Of a DNA stretch of 64,000 bases, positions 60,328 through 64,000 are shown one piece after another. This stretch comes from Minisyncoccota bacterium (GTDB lineage: Bacteria > Patescibacteriota > Minisyncoccia > Minisyncoccales > JAGOPM01): assembly GCA_041651395.1 (NCBI GenBank), contig JBAZJI010000001.1, positions 25,169-89,168 on the forward strand, in the 5' to 3' direction. Made by a program: the position numbers and the translations under genes. The notes under the pieces are model-generated. The model searched no databases. It was not told the origin of the DNA and saw only the letters and a program-made list of their open reading frames with translations. How positions within the stretch are numbered: position 1 is the first letter of the stretch; every line of letters starts with the position of its first letter.

Positions 60328-61077
60328 ATGATTTCCGAGAATCAAATCGAAAATCAAATAAGGGCTATTAAGGACATCAAACCAAGGCAAGATTGGGCGG
60401 TTTCGCTTAAGTCCCGCATTATGAATGGGGACATTGTTGCCCAACCCAGCCCGGTTTTTAGATTAAATTTTGTCCCGCGTTATGCCACAGCGGCCTTATT
60501 TGTTGTAATCTTTGGTTTAGGGATTTCGATTTTGTTTTCTCAGAATGGGAAAATAATTTCTATTAACCAAGTTTCTAAAAATTCTGATTATTATTTGGAT
60601 GCGGCCCAACAAAAAGCACAAGAGGTTAAAGAAATTGCCAAGGCCGGAGATCAGAAGAAATTGACCGCTGCTATTAACGATAGTACGCAATTACTCCAGA
60701 AAGCCGCCCAGAACATGCCCAGTAAAATCGCTTCCAAACGGGAAGGGGAAAAACTAGCCAAGAAAGTGCAAAATATTGCCGTAGCCCTTGAAGCTGCGCG
60801 CAAGGAGGCTGGGACCCAATTTGCCACTACTGAGCAACAAGTGTTGGCTGCCAAAGCTACGGAGTGTATCCAGAATACTATTAATGATGCCCAGAGCCAA
60901 TTAGAGCAGATTGTCAAAAATGAGATTGCTAACCTTTCTAGCTCCACTCTAAGCACTTCCCAAGAAAAAACTTTTAGCGAGGCGAAACTTGATTTTGCTA
61001 AATACCAAGAGGAGGGCGATTGGCAATATTTACAGAGTGCTGCCGAGAAGATTTATTTCTTAAGTAATAGTCAATAA
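60328..61077 (+). CDS. Single-pass membrane protein, putative anti-sigma factor (DUF5667-like helical ectodomain)
   Basis: Short cytoplasmic N-terminus, TM segment YATAALFVVIFGLGISILF, helical Ala/Lys/Gln-rich C-terminal domain. Positioned directly after the ECF sigma gene. Confidence 0.5.
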   Translation: MISENQIENQIRAIKDIKPRQDWAVSLKSRIMNGDIVAQPSPVFRLNFVPRYATAALFVVIFGLGISILFSQNGKIISINQVSKNSDYYLDAAQQKAQEVKEIAKAGDQKKLTAAINDSTQLLQKAAQNMPSKIASKREGEKLAKKVQNIAVALEAARKEAGTQFATTEQQVLAAKATECIQNTINDAQSQLEQIVKNEIANLSSSTLSTSQEKTFSEAKLDFAKYQEEGDWQYLQSAAEKIYFLSNSQ

Positions 61078-61091
61078 TAAATTAATAATTA

Positions 61092-61175
61092 TTCCATTTC
61101 CCACTCGGGAGCACGCTAAGCGCGTTTCTGAGCGGGCAATGGAAAATTCCATCGTCAGGGCGAGAGCCCGGCGAT
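61092..61175 (+). other. Two stable hairpins in the 208-nt gap upstream of the surface-protein gene
   Basis: Hairpin 1 at 61092-61144: 14 Watson-Crick pairs plus one G-U wobble over 17 outer positions, with an inner acgc/gcg stem. Hairpin 2 at 61151-61175: 10 bp, one bulged A, GAGA (GNRA) tetraloop. Confidence 0.6.
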
Positions 61176-61285
61176 AAAAGGTCGAGCCAATATTCAGTTA
61201 GCCGAAAAAATTTAACTTAATCGACTTGTACTGGACGGCTATAAATATTCCAGTGCAAGCGAGTAAAAGATTATAAATAACTAAA

Positions 61286-63235
61286 ATGAACGCTAAGAAA
61301 GTTTTAGCCGTTGCTGCCACAGGCGCAGTGTTGCTCACCAGCATCGCTTTCGCCCAGGTAGACACGAATACACTTATCGCCCAGCTCAGCCAGCTTTCAC
61401 CTGCTCAATTGAGCGCTGTGATCGCTGCTTTGCAGGGTTCCGCTCCTGCTGCCACCCCAACTGGTTTTGTCTTCACTAGGACATTGACCGTGGGTGCTAC
61501 TGGAGATGATGTTAAGGCTCTTCAACAGATCCTTAACGCTGAAGTCGGTGCCAATTTGCCTATTACTGGCTACTTTGGCAACATGACCAAGGCCGCCGTC
61601 GTCCTTTTCCAAGAAAAGTACGCCGCTGAGGTCCTTGCTCCGGCTGGTCTCGTCAAGGGAACCGGTATCGTTGGAAACATGACTAAGGCCAAATTGAACA
61701 GCCTTGGTTCTGCTACCCCTGTTACCGAGCCTACCACTGAGCCCACCACTGAACCTACTACCGAACCTACCACTGAGCCCACCACTGAACCTACGGTTGG
61801 CACCACTGGTGAGGAAGGTACTCTCACTGCCACCCTCTTCGGCAGCCCTTCAAACGGCACCGATATTAAGGAAGGCAATACCGACAAACCGATTGTCAAC
61901 TATCAAATCAAAGCCACTGGCTCTGATATTGAACTCAAGAGGATCTCTTTTGATTTCAACTCCAAGATTTGGAGGAATATCAACAAGCTCTCTTTGATGG
62001 ATGGCACCACTGTTGTTAAGACCATTGATCTCTCTTCAGACGTTTTTGAAGAGGTGACCGTTGGCTCTCAATACAGGCTTACTATCACTGGTATCTCTAT
62101 CATTATTCCTAAGGGCCAGAAGAAATCCATTCAATTGGCTGCTTCTGCTCCTTCTTTGACCAGAGCTGTTGCCGCTGCCCGCGTCTGCATTCCTGTTAAT
62201 GGAGTCCGCGGTGTTGATGGTACTGGCTTGTCAGTCTATGCTGGCGCTGGTGAATTAGTCACTTCCGCCTACAGGACTTTCAATGTTATTTCTGCTACCA
62301 CTGGTTCTTTCGATGTTTCCATCACTCCTACTTTCAAGGATCAGAACAAGCAGACTTCCGAGACTGCTGAGACCGACAATGTCATTGTTAGCAGCATGGA
62401 TGTTAAGTCCAGGTATGCTGATATGACTCTCAAGGCTTTGACTGTCACCGTTACCACCAGTGATGCCACTGTGGCCAATATTGTCAGCACTCTTTGCCTC
62501 TTTGATGGCGAAACTGAGCTCACCTGCAATACTGCAGCTGCCTCAACCGCCTTCACTGATTTTGCCGTCTCTATTCCTAAGGACACCACCAAGACTTTGA
62601 CCATCAAGGGCAAAGTTAAGACTGCCACTACCGGCTATGCTGTGGAAGGTTCTTGGGTCAAGGTCAGCTTTGAAAACGCTGCCAGCTCACTTAGCGCCGA
62701 GGATGCTAATGGAAATTCCATTACCACTGCCGGCAATAACTATGCTGCCGCTGCCAATGCTAAGACCACCCACTTCTACACCAAGTTCCCGCAGTTGGCT
62801 TATGTCAGCGCCACTGGCTTAACCGCCACCCAGCTCATTAGCACTGCTGCGAGCACGACTGGTGCAGGTACTCTCACCTTCACGGTGACTGCTCTTGGCG
62901 GAGATATCTACATCAACACCATGGCTACAACCACCAAAGGCGTGAATGCCACCTCGGTTAAATCCGATGGTACTTATACCTCTGGTTCCAACTCATCTTT
63001 CAGCTATGGATGCTCAGCTGACGTCAACACCTTTGGCGATCAATACGTTATCAGGGAGGGAACTACCAAGACCTGTGTCGTATCCTTCACTACTTATCCT
63101 GGTGCTGCCGGATACTACTATGGCCGCGTAAACTCCTTGGTTTGGGATTCTACTGCCATGGGTGCTACCTACACAATGACTTGGCCTGATATTGCCAGCA
63201 CTTGGAAGACCAGCCAGGTCAACCTCACTCCGTAA
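61286..63235 (+). CDS. Secreted cell-surface protein: PG_binding_1 domain, (TEPT)n linker, Thr/Ala/Ser-rich beta-type C-terminal region (S-layer-like candidate)
   Basis: Signal peptide ...SIAFA|Q. PG-binding motif GATGDDVKALQQILN...ITGYFGNMTKAAVVLFQ. Repeat EPTTEPTTEPTT. Markedly C/G-ending codon choice. Strong terminator downstream. Confidence 0.7.
   Translation: MNAKKVLAVAATGAVLLTSIAFAQVDTNTLIAQLSQLSPAQLSAVIAALQGSAPAATPTGFVFTRTLTVGATGDDVKALQQILNAEVGANLPITGYFGNMTKAAVVLFQEKYAAEVLAPAGLVKGTGIVGNMTKAKLNSLGSATPVTEPTTEPTTEPTTEPTTEPTTEPTVGTTGEEGTLTATLFGSPSNGTDIKEGNTDKPIVNYQIKATGSDIELKRISFDFNSKIWRNINKLSLMDGTTVVKTIDLSSDVFEEVTVGSQYRLTITGISIIIPKGQKKSIQLAASAPSLTRAVAAARVCIPVNGVRGVDGTGLSVYAGAGELVTSAYRTFNVISATTGSFDVSITPTFKDQNKQTSETAETDNVIVSSMDVKSRYADMTLKALTVTVTTSDATVANIVSTLCLFDGETELTCNTAAASTAFTDFAVSIPKDTTKTLTIKGKVKTATTGYAVEGSWVKVSFENAASSLSAEDANGNSITTAGNNYAAAANAKTTHFYTKFPQLAYVSATGLTATQLISTAASTTGAGTLTFTVTALGGDIYINTMATTTKGVNATSVKSDGTYTSGSNSSFSYGCSADVNTFGDQYVIREGTTKTCVVSFTTYPGAAGYYYGRVNSLVWDSTAMGATYTMTWPDIASTWKTSQVNLTP
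61727..61795 (+). repeat. 12-bp in-frame tandem repeat (~5.75 copies) encoding (E-P-T-T)n
   Basis: gagcctaccact / gagcccaccact / gaacctactacc / gaacctaccact / gagcccaccact / gaacctacg. Confidence 0.9.
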
Positions 63236-63268
63236 TTTCCTTACTAAAAAAGGTTATTACCAAAAAAA

Positions 63269-63297
63269 CTCCCCCGCCATCTGGCGGGGGTTTTGTT
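63269..63297 (+). terminator. Strong intrinsic terminator after the surface-protein gene
   Basis: cccccgcc / ggcggggg 8-bp GC stem, atct loop, T-run at 63291-63294. Confidence 0.85.
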
Positions 63298-63311
63298 TGT
63301 GCAAAATATGG

Positions 63312-63339
63312 TTGACAGCGCTATTAGACGGATTATACT
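63312..63339 (+). promoter_or_regulatory. Sigma70-type promoter for the AbrB-family gene
   Basis: TTGACA (63312-17), 16-nt spacer, TATACT (63334-39). ATG at 63348. Confidence 0.6.
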
Positions 63340-63347
63340 TATCAAAT

Positions 63348-63596
63348 ATGAAAAGTATGAATGGGCATTTCGGGCATGCCTTCGGAATAAGCCCTATGGG
63401 GGAGCGCGGGCAAGTGGTAATCCCCAAAAGGATTAGGGAATTACTCAACCTTAGGACCAAAGAAGATTTGATTTTTTTCTGCCAAGGCAAGGCGATAATA
63501 GCCATGCCGGCGAGCAAATTCCAAGGCTTGGCTAAAGCTATGGTCAATCACACCAAAGACATTGAAAAGATGGCAAAAAGAATGAAAAAGAAGTAA
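63348..63596 (+). CDS. AbrB/MazE/SpoVT-family DNA-binding protein (82 aa)
   Basis: GERGQVVIPKRIRELLNL swapped-hairpin motif. The longer ORF from 63192 overlaps the upstream gene, the terminator and the promoter, so ATG 63348 is preferred. Confidence 0.7.
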   Translation: MKSMNGHFGHAFGISPMGERGQVVIPKRIRELLNLRTKEDLIFFCQGKAIIAMPASKFQGLAKAMVNHTKDIEKMAKRMKKK

Positions 63597-63602
63597 AACA
63601 AT

Positions 63603-64000
63603 ATGAATTTCAAATTTTCAAAAAAACAGATAATTATCGGCATAATCGTTTTATTAATAGTGGCGATCGTAGCCAATAATATTATTATTAATAACAAAAA
63701 ACTCTCCCAAATGAAGACCGTGAAAGTTGAACGGGGTAATTTGGAGCAGGTTGTCTCGGTAACTGGTAAAGTTAAACCGGCCAAAAGCATTGCTATGGCT
63801 TTTGATCGCGGGGGTCGGGTGCAAGGCATAAGCATAAAAACCGGCCAAGAAGTAAGGGTTGGTCAGTTATTGATAACCTTGGAGAATTCCGAGCTCTTAG
63901 CGCAAAAAAAGCAGGCTAAGGCCGCTTTGGACGCCCAACTGGTGCGTTTAGACGAACTGAAGCGCGGTGCCAGAACTGAGGATGTGCAGATTACTCAAAG
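63603..64000 (+). CDS. HlyD/membrane-fusion-protein family efflux adaptor (5' partial, runs off the window)
   Basis: My translation: MNFKFSKKQIIIGIIVLLIVAIV (anchor)...VKVERGNLEQVVSVTGKVKPAKSIAMAFDRGGRVQGISIKTGQEVRVGQLLITLENSELLAQKKQAKAALDAQL. This is the typical MFP barrel-sandwich and coiled-coil start. It is absent from the ORF track because no stop lies in the window. Confidence 0.75.
   Translation, partial: MNFKFSKKQIIIGIIVLLIVAIVANNIIINNKKLSQMKTVKVERGNLEQVVSVTGKVKPAKSIAMAFDRGGRVQGISIKTGQEVRVGQLLITLENSELLAQKKQAKAALDAQLVRLDELKRGARTEDVQITQ

Noticed and set aside
61092-61175. The hairpin pair as a small SRP (4.5S) RNA, because of the GUCAGG...GNRA-loop resemblance.
   Set aside because: The 3' side lacks the conserved AGCA/GGAAGCAGCC-type symmetric-loop sequence, and the region forms two separate hairpins rather than one long helix.

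Overview
Densely coding, AT-rich bacterial chromosome segment (about 40% G+C by eye) that uses the standard genetic code; TGA, TAA and TAG all terminate conserved genes. I call about 58 protein genes and one tRNA-Leu(CAA). There is only one sizeable non-coding gap (32885-33393).

Content is mostly housekeeping:
- DNA repair and replication-related: uvrC-uvrB, uvrA, parA-parB, topA, dprA, comEC.
- Translation and RNA: leuS, hisS, pth, rpsU-yqeY-ybeY.
- Metabolism and stress: glmS, a two-subunit 2-oxoacid:ferredoxin oxidoreductase, relA/spoT, clpB.
- Envelope and division: a cell-envelope block (YvcK-like, GlmU-like, PP-loop enzyme, PAP2 phosphatase, mltG), lepB, ftsA-ftsZ.

Genes sit in long co-directional strings with overlapping stop and start codons. 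Several proteins are minimal versions: UvrC lacks the UVR and HhH domains, FtsZ lacks its C-terminal tail, and ComEC lacks the beta-lactamase domain. Together with DUF5667-like, LTD-repeat and four-helix-bundle/HTH proteins, this suggests an uncultivated small-genome Patescibacteria/CPR-type bacterium. That is an inference I cannot verify here.

I saw no CRISPR array, transposase, integrase or recognisable defence or toxin system.

The items most worth a second look are:
1. Two base-perfect 91-bp GC-rich direct repeats with internal hairpins and a tRNA T-arm-like start, lying between tRNA-Leu and pbpC. This is a candidate novel structured RNA or leader.
2. A divergent cell-surface module (55247-63235). 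A 6-TM protein plus a 1010-aa Vps62-like/3xLTD/PKD secreted protein face an HTH regulator, an ECF sigma, a putative anti-sigma and a codon-optimised PG-binding surface protein. A symmetric operator-like inverted repeat lies in both promoter spacers.
3. A 2162-aa thioester-containing alpha-2-macroglobulin co-transcribed with PAP2 and mltG, abutting a convergent PBP1C.
4. Tail-less FtsZ, minimal UvrC, and a catalytically dead HtrA-like protein coupled to clpB.

All protein calls rest on motif recognition by eye. No database search was possible.
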